Part shown: positions 1 to 9,666 of the stretch, piece after piece | How positions within the stretch are numbered: the first letter of the stretch is position 1 | Layout: every line of letters begins with the position of its first letter | Translations under genes and position numbers: made by a program | The notes under the pieces: generated by a model | The model's database searches: none | What the model was told of the DNA's origin: nothing | What the model saw: only the letters and a program-made list of their open reading frames with translations | Assembly (NCBI GenBank): GCA_965215195.1 | Contig: CBDCDC010000002.1 | Location: forward strand, 2,464,001-2,528,000 | Origin: Candidatus Latescibacterota bacterium | Lineage (GTDB): Bacteria > Latescibacterota > UBA2968 > UBA8231 | Reading direction: 5' to 3' | Length of the DNA stretch: 64,000 bases

Positions 1-555
1 TGGTTCTGACCATACTATACCTCCTACCCCGAAGAGAAGATACGTGCGAGGCATGATAGTATATACATGGGCATTTAGAGTCATACTTAGCCATAATGGA
101 AACACGCCCTCTTTTTGACCGCCTATCAAGACTACCTCAAAAGCCCGGTTTGAGTAAGGCATATATCTTGAGGCGAGCCCTATGCCCGTAAAACGGTGAC
201 CAGGACTAAGAAAAACTAGTCCAGGAAACGTGCCCGCGGATAAGCTTCCGGACCAGCGATCAACCCTTATTGGACGGCTGAATGTATGTATCCGTCGATA
301 GTCAAGGTCAATAGGTCCTTTTATCCCACCATCTAACGTAACCGAGTCGTCATCTACATGGAGAACGCGCCCTTTCTTGGTTCTCATTTTCGCTTGTTCG
401 TCCTTATAGGTGACTTTGACTTTCTCGCCCTCTTTGAATAGCTGTTGGTCAATCGTCTCCCCTTGGCGAGTGGTTACTATTTGAGACATGGGTGCGGCAC
501 ATCCTGTTGCGAGAAGCAAAATCACCATACTCAGAAAGCCCCATAAGCGGTGCAT
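1..555 (-). CDS. Putative lipoprotein, partial (runs off the window start)
   Basis: ATG at 555 preceded by GAAGGAGG. Frame is open to base 1. N-terminus MHRLWGFLSMVILLLATGC has a lipobox-like LATGC. Not in the ORF track because the stop lies outside the window. Confidence 0.8.
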   Translation of the reverse strand, partial: MHRLWGFLSMVILLLATGCAAPMSQIVTTRQGETIDQQLFKEGEKVKVTYKDEQAKMRTKKGRVLHVDDDSVTLDGGIKGPIDLDYRRIHTFSRPIRVDRWSGSLSAGTFPGLVFLSPGHRFTGIGLASRYMPYSNRAFEVVLIGGQKEGVFPLWLSMTLNAHVYTIMPRTYLLFGVGGIVWSEP

Positions 556-830
556 CGCTCTACCTCCTTCCGGTAGCATAGCGTGATGGATTGGGACGAC
601 GCGGTCCCGGGGCTTTCTATAATCTCCGATTTTCTTCATCGACTCAAGGTCTCTTTCGCACACAGACTTGGTGCCCAGCTTACATCGAGGGTACGGCGCG
701 AAGGTTGTGAACAACCAACGCTGCCATTGAATGCGGCTTCCTTTCCCGCATCGGCTCCAACGTCAAGTAGCTATAAGCATATTCCGTGCCACATACTCCA
801 TCACGTACAAAGAAATCATTCAGGCTTACC
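422..830. repeat. Direct repeat copy 1 (~410 bp: upstream region, RBS and first ~44 codons of the lipoprotein)
   Basis: Near-identical to 5760-6168 (offset 5338). A further ~40 bp block at 838-878 matches ~6217-6258. Confidence 0.95.
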
Positions 831-1093
831 CTAAAACTCCGCTTCGCCGACCAGCCGTTGTTGCTCGTCACTTGAACATGCCCCTCCGATACCGCAACGT
901 CTGCCCACTATGCGACGCTGGTCACCGACAGGTATGCCGACCTCCACCATCCCTAGACGGCTTCGGGCAAAATCCGCACCGTGTTTCTGGTGATTACGGG
1001 TATATCCTGGTGGGGTTTTTACGACGACGCGGATGAGCCTCCTCGTAGGCGACGAGGAGGCTTTGAAGGGCGAGGGGCTTGAAGGTGTTGCGG

Positions 1094-1129
1094 AGGGGCC
1101 GGCGGCGTATTCTCTCGCCGCCGGCCCCT
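1094..1129. terminator. GC-rich stem-loop downstream of the FN3 gene
   Basis: AGGGGCCGGCGGCG-tattctct-CGCCGCCGGCCCCT is a perfect 14-bp stem. No clear U-tract. Confidence 0.5.
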
Positions 1130-1188
1130 GTACGCGCTACCATTTAGTAGCGGACTGGCCTTTGCGGTTGCAGGCCGGCCCGCTGGGT

Positions 1189-3519
1189 TCAAGAGCCCGG
1201 GCTATGGACGCTCAGTTGCAGGGCGAACGTATCGGTATCGCCATCGCTGTCGCGCACCGTCCACGTAATCCCACATTGCCCCGGTGAGGTAGGCTGTCCA
1301 CTCACCGATGAAGAGGTCGCCCTCAAGCCAGCGCAGGAGCCGCTGACCGAGTAGCGCAACGACCCGTTGCCCCCACTGGCCGACGGCCGGGTAAAGCTGA
1401 AATACGAGCCCACCGTCGTCGAGCGAGACGTGCCCGATGACGAGAATGTAGGCGTGGTATCAGCCGCCACGGAAACTTGCAGGGCGTAGGTGTCGGTATC
1501 GCCATCGGCGTCGCGTACCGTCCACGTAATCCCGCATTGCCCCGATGAGGTAGGCTGTCCACTCACCGACGAAGAGGTCGCCGTTAGGCCAGCGCAGGAG
1601 CCACTGACCGAGTAGCGCAACGACCCGTTGCCTCCGCTGGCCGACGGCCGGGTAAAGCTGAAATACGAGCCCACCGTCGTCGAGCGAGACGTGCCCGATG
1701 ACGAAAACGCCGGCGTGAGATCCTCATCGTTGTCGAGCAGCCACACCGTCGCCTGTTGCGTCGTACCGACCACGCGCACCCCCGAAGGCAGACTCCCAAA
1801 CGACAGCGACACCGTCTCGTCGTCGGCATCGGCGTCCTCGTTGGCCGTCAGCGTAAACGACTGCGACGACGCACCCGCGGCAAACGATAACGACACCGTC
1901 CCATTCGTCAGGTTCGCCACCGCGTAGTCGTCCGCCTCCGTGCCCGCATCCGCCAACACCACCACCGGAATAAGCACCGTCTGCGGCGGTGCGGGTGCCA
2001 GCGACACCGTGATCGACGCACGCGCCCCCCCTTCGGTGGCTTGGTAGGACACCACCCCAAACGACACGAACCCCGACCACGCCGCCGGCCTTGCCGACTG
2101 CGACGCCGATGCGCCGGCACCGACGCCGTTGACCGCCCGCACCGCAAACTCATACTCGGCGCCATTGGTCAGCCCCGTAACCGTACTATCGCGGGCGGTG
2201 CTGCCGCCCGACACGGTAGCCCACTCCGGCCAGCCATGCCCTGAGTTGGCCACCCGCCACCGCACCTCATACCGCTCAATCGCCGAGCCGTTGGCCGGGG
2301 CCGCCTCCCACCGCAAGACCACTTGGCCAGCCCCCGGCGAGGGCATAAAATGCGCTGGCGCATCCGGCACACCCGCTGGCGTGGCCGTTACCGACGCCGA
2401 CGCCGACGCCCCGGCGCTATTGACCACCCACACCTCGAAGGTGTACGCCGTGCCGTTGGTCAGCCCATCCACCATATGGCGCGTGGTCCGTCCCAACGGG
2501 GCACCCTCCGCCGACGGAGCCCACCGCGTACTTGCGGCGCGATACCGATACTTATAGCCCGTGATCGTTGCGCCGCCATTCGATTCGGGGGCCTCCCATG
2601 TCAACGCCACCGACTCGTTGGCCGGGATAGCCGCCACGTTCTGCGGCGCACTCGGCCGCCGCACCGGCGACTCGGGCAGCGAATTCGGCATGGGAACATC
2701 ATTACCCTCTGGGAAGGCCGTGGACCAAGCACCATGACCTTGCGCGTTCGTCGCCCGCACCTGATAGCGGTAGCGAGTATTCCCACTCAACCCGGTATGC
2801 GTATAGCGGGTGGTCCCAGCGGCGAGGGCATCGGGCAGGATGCACCAATCCGACCAATCCGACATCACTACACCCTGCACCGCCTGGCTCTGATAGCGCA
2901 GGGTGTACCCGTCCACTGCCGGGGTAGCCGACACCGCATCCCAACTCACATCAAGCTGCCCGCCCCGCCTAACGGGCTGATCCGGCGGCGTAACGGGCAC
3001 CTGAACAGAAAGCCCGGTCGGTTGCGGCGGCACGCTATGCCCACCGGCTGTTGGCGTCACCGACACTGACGCCGACGCCGGCCCCTGCCCGCCGCTGTTG
3101 ACCGCCCGCACCTTGAAGAAATAGGTCTGCCCGTTGGTCAGACTCCCTACCGTATATTCCGTCGTAAAGGTTCTGCTGTCAGGAATAGGCTCCCATGCCA
3201 CCGCAATCTCCGAAACCCGCGTCTGCTGATATTGCCAAGTACACTGGATGGCGTTCGGTTCGTCCCAACTCAGCGTCACTTCGCCATCGCCGGCTCGTGC
3301 CGTCAGGGTCGGCGTATGGGTCGGCGTAACCAAGGCCGGCGTAGCCAGCGGACTGAGCGGACTTAATTCTACCGACACCGTCGTCGCCGAACCTGCTCCA
3401 GTGCTGTTGACCGCCCGCACTAAGAACGTAGCGGTCTCGCCGTCAATCAGACCCGTCACGGTATGCTCTGTCGTGAGCGGTCCACTGTTGGGCATCGTCT
3501 GCCAGTCCCTCCATCCCAC
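1189..3519 (-). CDS. Fibronectin type III repeat surface protein with Calx-beta-like and two Ig-like (He_PIG-like) repeats; probably the 3' part of a frameshifted larger gene
   Basis: Repeated FN3 motifs (W...Y...GLTNGT.Y.F.VRAVN..G.G), VSF...SYQATEGG...DND Calx-beta pattern, two 87-aa terminal repeats. The ORF starts mid-FN3 domain. Confidence 0.85.
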   Translation of the reverse strand: MGWRDWQTMPNSGPLTTEHTVTGLIDGETATFLVRAVNSTGAGSATTVSVELSPLSPLATPALVTPTHTPTLTARAGDGEVTLSWDEPNAIQCTWQYQQTRVSEIAVAWEPIPDSRTFTTEYTVGSLTNGQTYFFKVRAVNSGGQGPASASVSVTPTAGGHSVPPQPTGLSVQVPVTPPDQPVRRGGQLDVSWDAVSATPAVDGYTLRYQSQAVQGVVMSDWSDWCILPDALAAGTTRYTHTGLSGNTRYRYQVRATNAQGHGAWSTAFPEGNDVPMPNSLPESPVRRPSAPQNVAAIPANESVALTWEAPESNGGATITGYKYRYRAASTRWAPSAEGAPLGRTTRHMVDGLTNGTAYTFEVWVVNSAGASASASVTATPAGVPDAPAHFMPSPGAGQVVLRWEAAPANGSAIERYEVRWRVANSGHGWPEWATVSGGSTARDSTVTGLTNGAEYEFAVRAVNGVGAGASASQSARPAAWSGFVSFGVVSYQATEGGARASITVSLAPAPPQTVLIPVVVLADAGTEADDYAVANLTNGTVSLSFAAGASSQSFTLTANEDADADDETVSLSFGSLPSGVRVVGTTQQATVWLLDNDEDLTPAFSSSGTSRSTTVGSYFSFTRPSASGGNGSLRYSVSGSCAGLTATSSSVSGQPTSSGQCGITWTVRDADGDTDTYALQVSVAADTTPTFSSSGTSRSTTVGSYFSFTRPSASGGNGSLRYSVSGSCAGLRATSSSVSGQPTSPGQCGITWTVRDSDGDTDTFALQLSVHSPGS
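1207..1717. repeat. Two tandem 261-bp (87-aa) in-frame repeats
   Basis: TP.FSSSGTSRSTTVGSYFSFTRPSASGGNGSLRYSVSGSCAGL.ATSSSVSGQPTS.GQCGITWTVRD.DGDTDT.ALQ occurs twice, 261 nt apart. Confidence 0.9.
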
Positions 3520-3530
3520 GCCCTCCGGCT

Positions 3531-4781
3531 TTAACCGATACTGCCACTGTGTAAGCGTCCCAGCGCAGCGTTGTTTGGCTGACGCCTGCTTGTGCGGTCA
3601 GACCGGTCGGCGGAGGGGGAGGGGGCATATTGTGAAGCCAGGTCGATATTGGAGGCATCACCGGCTTGTGTGCTTAACACCTTGCCAGTATGGGTCATAT
3701 ATTCCCGTCTCCCCAAAATAGCAGCAGTTGAAGCAGTAGTTGATTTACCTGCTCCTACTGCTGAATTTGGATCGCCAATTCCCTCAGTTACGCTGTGGAG
3801 CTCAATGGTTCCGCCAACGGGATATGCAGCATGCGAGCCGGCCCCCACGTAAACAACGGGATGGGTGCCTTGGCTCAGTTTTAAGTTTTCTCGCGGACTG
3901 AAAGCAAAACTGGAGGTAAACCCCGGGTGATTAGGAAAATTTTTATAGTAAGTCACCCAAGCACCATGAAACCTATACTCCACGCCTAGGACCTCGATGG
4001 TATCGTCATCAGGATCGCTTGAACTGACCACCACCTCAATGCGCTGCCAGTCGCCCTCGTGGTTGTTCCACCAGTCATTGTAGGGATAGAAGTAGTGGTA
4101 CTGGATTACGGTAAGTGTGCCGCTATAATTGCTGTGAGTTGTTGAGTCTATATGCACATACGCTGTATTGGGATGATTATAGCCCCTATAATCGGATATT
4201 GGGGAGATCGGATAGTCAACTTGGTCTCCTGTGCCAAAGTACGTATTGTTCCACTCTGTGGGAGTCTCACCGGGATAGTCAAAATAGGCACTGTTTATTA
4301 CATAGGGCCTACCGTCGGGGTGGTCGGGGTACGTAACGCCCTCTGGGGCGGGGGGCATTTTTTCTGAGCCATGGCGAACTATGAAATTGAACGGCTCAAC
4401 CCCTTTTAAGAAGGCAAACTTACTTTGATCAAAGTTGAATCTATTTGGTGAGGTCGGCCCATAGAATTGTTTAGACCATAAATCTTGGTTCAAGTAAAGA
4501 TCATTGGAATGAAAATACTTTGAATCCAAGTAATGTCCCTGACCGATTCCGGGTATGTCAAACCACATAGACGCAATGTTTGTCGCCCTGACGATTTCCA
4601 CGGGTTCCGGTTTGATTACGCGAATAGGCTCCGTCGGGTCATAGCTAGTGGAGTTCTCTTCCGTCAGGATCAAGATGGGCGAAAACATCTCGGCCAATCG
4701 CTCTTTGTCCTCATCACTGATCGCATCCGCCCCTTCAGCTATGAGCATGGCGAACAAGAGTACAACACGAATAATCCGCAT
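3531..4781 (-). CDS. Secreted protein with Vps62/NPP1-like domain; likely 5' part of the frameshifted adhesin
   Basis: ATG 4781 with AGAGGAGG RBS. Signal peptide MRIIRVVLLFAMLIAEGADA. Motifs YHYFYPYNDW.N.HEGDWQRI and HPVVYVGAGSHA. Confidence 0.7.
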   Translation of the reverse strand: MRIIRVVLLFAMLIAEGADAISDEDKERLAEMFSPILILTEENSTSYDPTEPIRVIKPEPVEIVRATNIASMWFDIPGIGQGHYLDSKYFHSNDLYLNQDLWSKQFYGPTSPNRFNFDQSKFAFLKGVEPFNFIVRHGSEKMPPAPEGVTYPDHPDGRPYVINSAYFDYPGETPTEWNNTYFGTGDQVDYPISPISDYRGYNHPNTAYVHIDSTTHSNYSGTLTVIQYHYFYPYNDWWNNHEGDWQRIEVVVSSSDPDDDTIEVLGVEYRFHGAWVTYYKNFPNHPGFTSSFAFSPRENLKLSQGTHPVVYVGAGSHAAYPVGGTIELHSVTEGIGDPNSAVGAGKSTTASTAAILGRREYMTHTGKVLSTQAGDASNIDLASQYAPSPSADRSDRTSRRQPNNAALGRLHSGSIG

Positions 4782-4807
4782 GAGAGGTATCCTCCTCTTA
4801 TTGAGTT

Positions 4808-5893
4808 TCAAAAGCGTATTGTGGTAATAGCTAATAGGCCCCCCTTGGGAGTCGGAACCAAACCGACCGAGACCCGGCGAGCTTCAGGCTTCAAGTGGAG
4901 CTTAGCCGAAAGGGACTTGCGCCATACTTCCGACGCAATCGTTGCACCAACAATAGGACCGAAAAAGGCACTTAAGACTGCTAAACCCGCACCATCTTCC
5001 CATTCTGTAAGAGCTATAGCAACAGGCACTCCTGCTCCCGCCAGCGTACTGCCCGCGAGTGTTATGAGGAAATTATCCTGCGGATCAACCCAGCTCACGC
5101 CAACCGCGGTTCCAACCAAGTTGCCGCCCCAAAATCCCAAAACGATAGTGCCAGCGTCAGCAATGGCATAGGCAGCAGTGGGGTCAGTACCTGGTTCTGC
5201 TTCTCGCTGAGACTGTATCGCCGGTAGCACCCAACCAAACGCAATGGTCGCTCCTACGAGTCCGCCACCGACGCCCCCAAGCACACCGGCCGCCAATTTT
5301 TTGCCAAGCGGTGTGTCGCCCCCCCCTTCCCTTGCCTTAACCTTTGGTAGCCCTGTGCTGTTCTGCGATACTCCAATCGGCTTCCCGCAGTTGACAAAGG
5401 CGACATGGTCCATCGCGATGCGCCCGCCCCTCTTGGCATACAGACAGCGCAGGCCGTCTCGGATCGTGGCGTTGGAGACGTCCGCTCGTCCCCCACGCTC
5501 GACGACAATGTCATACCAGTCAGCCCCCAACGAAGCCGCATCCGCCGAACCAAAGACGATGCCCTCGGCTTGAGCCTGTAGCCGCCCCACGACGAGCAGT
5601 TCCGCACGGGTGGCGTCCAAGCCGCCTTGGGTATCATCGTAGTAGGGCAGAAAGCGAACCGCCGTATTGGGAGCAAGGGTTGAGGTCGCGCTCGACACAA
5701 TATTCACATCGCCGCCGACATACACCGTGTCGCGCCACGTCGTGTCCTGTTCGATCTGATTCTCGCCCTCTTTGAATAGGTGTTGGTCAATCGTCCCCCC
5801 TTGGCGAGTGGTCACTATTTGAGACATGGGTGCGGCACATCCTGTTGCGAGAAGCAAAATCACCATACTCAGAAAGCCCCATAAGCGGTGCAT
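4808..5893 (-). CDS. Putative lipoprotein with beta-helix-like middle segment and glycine-rich hydrophobic C-terminal helices
   Basis: ATG 5893 with GAAGGAGG. Same lipoprotein leader as the gene at 1-555, then QIEQDTTWRDTVYVGGDV and GVLGGVGGGLVGA-type glycine zippers. Confidence 0.75.
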   Translation of the reverse strand: MHRLWGFLSMVILLLATGCAAPMSQIVTTRQGGTIDQHLFKEGENQIEQDTTWRDTVYVGGDVNIVSSATSTLAPNTAVRFLPYYDDTQGGLDATRAELLVVGRLQAQAEGIVFGSADAASLGADWYDIVVERGGRADVSNATIRDGLRCLYAKRGGRIAMDHVAFVNCGKPIGVSQNSTGLPKVKAREGGGDTPLGKKLAAGVLGGVGGGLVGATIAFGWVLPAIQSQREAEPGTDPTAAYAIADAGTIVLGFWGGNLVGTAVGVSWVDPQDNFLITLAGSTLAGAGVPVAIALTEWEDGAGLAVLSAFFGPIVGATIASEVWRKSLSAKLHLKPEARRVSVGLVPTPKGGLLAITTIRF

Positions 5894-6168
5894 CGCTCTA
5901 CCTCCTTCTGGTAGCATAGCGTGATGGATTGGGACGACGCGGTCCCGGGGCTTTCTATAATCTCCGATTTTCTTCATCGACTCAAGGTCTCTTTCGCACA
6001 CAGACTTGGTGCCCAGCTTACATCGAGGGTACGGCGCGAAGGTTGTGAACAACCAACGCTGCCATTGAATGCGGCTTCCTTTCCCGCATCGGCTCCAACG
6101 TCAAGTAGCTATAAGCATATTCCGTGCCACATACTCCATCACGCACAAAAAAATCGTTCAGGTTTACC
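5760..6168. repeat. Direct repeat copy 2
   Basis: Near-identical to 422-830. Confidence 0.95.
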
Positions 6169-6252
6169 TTAACAGGTTGAAAAACATGAATCTTAGAAAT
6201 ATGAGGAGGAGGGTTTCTACGCTTCGCTGACCAGCCGTTGGTGCTCGTCGCT

Positions 6253-6310
6253 TGAACAAATGTTTGTTCATTTTAATAACTTTTTATTTACATGAATAAA
6301 TGTTTGCTCA
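6253..6310. promoter_or_regulatory. Pair of 18-bp palindromic operator-like sites
   Basis: TGAACAAA-TG-TTTGTTCA (6253-6270, perfect 8-bp arms) and TGAATAAATGTTTGCTCA (6293-6310), 40 bp apart in an AT-rich divergent intergenic region. Confidence 0.55.
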
Positions 6311-6636
6311 TCGGGACAACCCAGCCCAAGCCCCTTCTCCGGGCGCTGTATCCCATGCTTGCGCATCCGGTAGGGCTGCGTCGGAAGGGGCATGTCAAGC
6401 GAAACCTTTTCCGAAAAACCCGCTGGGTGCTTTCTCGCCTAAAAGCCTGCGCCCGTGAAAACGGGGGGCGCGGTAAAGCGCTGGGAACGCGGGCGTCTCG
6501 CCCTCAGGCCGGCTAGACCCACCCTCTTGGGCGAGCGCTTATCAGGAACAGACCCCACGGGCAGCCAAGCGGATTATTTGCGTCCGACCGCAGCGCGAAC
6601 CTTTATTCAATAGCTTACTTAACCCAAGGAAATCCC

Positions 6637-7809
6637 ATGATCATCCAACCCAAAGTTCGCGGCTTTATCTGCACTACGGCCCATCCCGACGGCTGCGCCC
6701 GCGCCGTCCAAGACCAAATCGCCTCGGTCAAACGCCAACCCCCCTTCGACGGCCCCGTGAAAGTCCTCGTCATCGGCGCTTCAACCGGCTACGGGCTGGC
6801 GTCGCGCATCGCCACCTGCTTTGGCGCGGGTGCGGCCACGCTCGGGGTATTCTTCGAGCGGCCAGCAGCCGGCCGCCGCACGGCAACGGCCGGATGGTAC
6901 AATAGCGCAGCCTTTCACGAGGCTGCCCGCAACGCCGGCTACTACGCCCGCAGCATCAACGGCGATGCCTTCTCCGACCAGATCAAGGCCGAGACAATCG
7001 CCGCCATCCGCACGGACCTGCAAGCAGTCGATTTGGTCGTTTACAGCTTAGCTTCGCCGCGGCGCACTCATCCGCGCACCGGCGAAAATTTTAGTTCCGT
7101 CCTCAAGCCCATCGGCCGCACCTACACCAACAAGACCGTCCACGTCCAGAGCGGCGAAGTTTCCGACATCGCCATTGACCCGGCGAGCGAGGAAGAGATC
7201 GCCCACACCATCGCGGTCATGGGCGGCGAAGACTGGCAGATGTGGATCGAAGCCCTCGCCGAAGCGGGCGTACTAGCCGACGGCGTTCGCACGATCGCCT
7301 ACACCTATATCGGCCCTGAAATTACCTACCCGGTCTATCGCGACGGGACCATCGGCCGCGCCAAGGACCATTTAGAAAAGACGGCCAAGGTGCTCAACGA
7401 ATTTTTGCAAGCGAGAAGCGGCAGTGCCCACATCTCCGTCAACAAGGCTATGGTGACCCAATCGAGCGCCGCCATCCCGGTCGTGCCGCTCTACATCTCG
7501 CTGCTCTACAAGGTGATGAAGGAAAAGGGCTGCCACGAAAGCTGCATTGAGCAGATGCACCGACTCTTCGCCGGCTGCCTCTATGCAGATGCGCCCACCG
7601 ACGCCGAGGGGCGCATCCGCATCGACGACCGAGAAATGCGCGAGGACGTGCAGGGGGAAGTCGCTGCGCTGTGGGAGCAAGTCAACACCGACAACCTCGA
7701 ATCGCTGTCGGATATCGAAAGCTATCGTGCGGAGTTTCTGGGGCTTTTCGGCTTTGGCTTTGCGGGTGTTGACTACTCGGTGGAAGTTGATGCCGAGCGG
7801 GGGCTGTAA
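6637..7809 (+). CDS. fabV: Enoyl-[ACP] reductase FabV / trans-2-enoyl-CoA reductase
   Basis: MIIQPKVRGFICTTAHP.GC start, VLVIGASTGYGLASRI, YSLASP, catalytic Y.DGTIGRAK, TQSSAAIP. Confidence 0.95.
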   Translation: MIIQPKVRGFICTTAHPDGCARAVQDQIASVKRQPPFDGPVKVLVIGASTGYGLASRIATCFGAGAATLGVFFERPAAGRRTATAGWYNSAAFHEAARNAGYYARSINGDAFSDQIKAETIAAIRTDLQAVDLVVYSLASPRRTHPRTGENFSSVLKPIGRTYTNKTVHVQSGEVSDIAIDPASEEEIAHTIAVMGGEDWQMWIEALAEAGVLADGVRTIAYTYIGPEITYPVYRDGTIGRAKDHLEKTAKVLNEFLQARSGSAHISVNKAMVTQSSAAIPVVPLYISLLYKVMKEKGCHESCIEQMHRLFAGCLYADAPTDAEGRIRIDDREMREDVQGEVAALWEQVNTDNLESLSDIESYRAEFLGLFGFGFAGVDYSVEVDAERGL

Positions 7810-7939
7810 TGAGGAGCTGCCAGATGAATCGCGAGGTAGAATTACATGCTCTATAGGCACACCGGCCAAAACCGCCCTATCGCGTCTTGTCAAGCTGGCA
7901 CTTTTAGCGTACCCCAAGGGCTCTAATGTTTGCAAAAAA

Positions 7940-8704
7940 ATGAAGCCTCATTGCCTCTTACTCGCGGCCCTAGTCTGGCTGGCGAGTCCACTGCGGGCGC
8001 AAGTTGATATCGAAAGCCTGCGCCGGGACGATCAAGCGGGCTTTTCCGGTTCAGTAGCGGTCGATCTGACGTTGCGAGCCGGCAATGTCGAGTTATTTGA
8101 ATTCGGCCCCGAGCTTTCCTTCAATTACGGCCGCGCCGCGGACGCGTTCATTTTTATTGGCTCAGGCGATGCCGGCTGGGAGGGCAAGGAGCGCTTTTCC
8201 AATGAGGCGCTGGCGCATCTGCGCTACGTCCGCTCCTTGGGCTCACGGCTGCATGGAGAAGTCTTCGGACAAGTTAATTACGACCGATCCCGGCGCTTGG
8301 AGTTTAGAGGCGTTGTCGGCAGCGGCATCCGCTGGGCTCTCATCGCTCCGGGCGAGTCGTCTTTTTGGCTGGGCTCGTCGTTTATGTTCGAGCACGAGCG
8401 CAATGAGGTCGCAGCGGCCGATGACCATGCTGCTCGGACCTCAATTGTCCGCTGGAGCAATTACCTGTCGGCCGATATCAAGCTTGGTGAAATGGCCCAG
8501 CTAGCGGGAACGGCCTACGTGCAGCCCGCTGTGAGGCAGTTCGACGACTACCGCGTTTTGTGGGATTCGGTCTTGAAAGTGTCAATCACCGAAGCTCTAT
8601 CCGCGACCACGTCCGCGACCTTCCGGCGCGATAGCGATCCGCTCAATGGAGTGAATGGAAGTGACTTTCGCCTATCAACGGGTTTGGCACTCGATTGGGA
8701 TTGA
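7940..8704 (+). CDS. DUF481-like outer-membrane beta-barrel protein
   Basis: Signal peptide followed by QVDIESLR, amphipathic strands, and a near-terminal W (GLALDWD). Confidence 0.7.
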   Translation: MKPHCLLLAALVWLASPLRAQVDIESLRRDDQAGFSGSVAVDLTLRAGNVELFEFGPELSFNYGRAADAFIFIGSGDAGWEGKERFSNEALAHLRYVRSLGSRLHGEVFGQVNYDRSRRLEFRGVVGSGIRWALIAPGESSFWLGSSFMFEHERNEVAAADDHAARTSIVRWSNYLSADIKLGEMAQLAGTAYVQPAVRQFDDYRVLWDSVLKVSITEALSATTSATFRRDSDPLNGVNGSDFRLSTGLALDWD

Positions 8705-8718
8705 GACGCCCCCTCTGC

Positions 8719-9465
8719 TCAATAGGTCGCCCGACCGCCGCTCACGTCAAAGCACTGGCCCGTGGTAAAGGTCGATTCGTCCGATACTAAAAATAAAATG
8801 GTCGCCGCCACTTCTTCGGGGCGACCCAAGCGGCCGAGGGGGATTTTGGCGGTCAAAAAATCGACGCGGTCTTGGTCCATGCCCTGCAACAGCGGCGAGT
8901 CAATCAGGGCCGGTGCCACGCAATTGACGCGGATGCCGCAGTTTAGAACCTCTTTGGCCAGAGTCTTGGTAAAGCAGATGACGCCGGCCTTGGATACGGA
9001 GTAGGGTGCCATATTGGCGTTGCCCTCTTTGCCGGAGATAGAGGCCAGCGAGCAAATGACCCCACTCTGTTGCGGCAACATGTAGCGCAGGGCCGCCCGC
9101 GAGCACAGAAAGGTTCCCTTGAGATTGATGTCGAGGACGCGGTCCCAGTCGTCTTCGGCCAGATCTTTGACCGGCGCGTCCGTGCCGACAGTGCCGGCGT
9201 TGTTCACCAAGATGTCGAGGCCGCCCAACAGGTCGGCAACTCGGGCAAAGGCCCGGTCAACCGAAGCGGCCTCGGCCACATCAACGGCAAGGCCGATGGT
9301 CGAACCACCTATTTCAGCAGCCGTCCGTTGCGCACCGGCGGCGTCGATGTCGAGAATAGCCACCCGGCCGCCCTCGGCGGCAAGGCGCTGGGCAATGGCG
9401 CGACCTATGCCGCGACCTGCGCCGGTGACAATGGCGTTTTTTCCCTTGAGGGGTTGCGAGTCCAT
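8719..9465 (-). CDS. SDR family oxidoreductase (FabG-like)
   Basis: TGAGRGIG, NNAG, YSVSK catalytic motif. Confidence 0.92.
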   Translation of the reverse strand: MDSQPLKGKNAIVTGAGRGIGRAIAQRLAAEGGRVAILDIDAAGAQRTAAEIGGSTIGLAVDVAEAASVDRAFARVADLLGGLDILVNNAGTVGTDAPVKDLAEDDWDRVLDINLKGTFLCSRAALRYMLPQQSGVICSLASISGKEGNANMAPYSVSKAGVICFTKTLAKEVLNCGIRVNCVAPALIDSPLLQGMDQDRVDFLTAKIPLGRLGRPEEVAATILFLVSDESTFTTGQCFDVSGGRATY

Positions 9466-9509
9466 CTGCTTTTCTAAGCTCTCCAGCTAGCAATAAATTG
9501 CTTGGTTCC

Positions 9510-9555
9510 CTTACTACGCGACCGCCGGCGGCTGTAGCAGGTGTCGCGTAGTAAG
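9510..9555. mobile_element. Minimal 46-bp copy of the MITE family (terminal inverted repeats only)
   Basis: CTTACTACGCGAC...GTCGCGTAGTAAG 13-bp perfect inverted ends, matching the TIRs of the 18266-18397 element. Confidence 0.6.
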
Positions 9556-9666
9556 TCGACGCCAAAATTGGCGGGCATGTCGCCTATCGCGACAAACTGT
9601 TGCCGATTGACTTGCATGGCTTTTGGTCTCCATAATTGCAGTTGTGGCAATATCGAGGAAAAAGCG

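Noticed and set aside
583-834. 83-aa plus-strand ORF and its twin at 5921-6172
   Set aside because: Both lie in the duplicated upstream region of minus-strand genes. Their similarity is explained by the DNA duplication and there are no protein-like features.
422-6168. Possible DGR template/variable repeat pair
   Set aside because: Mismatches are few and not restricted to adenines, the repeat covers gene 5' ends rather than 3' ends, and no reverse transcriptase is in the window.
6320-6560. Known ncRNA or riboswitch (SRP, 6S, tRNA)
   Set aside because: Hairpins are present but I recognise no diagnostic motif. An Rfam search is needed.
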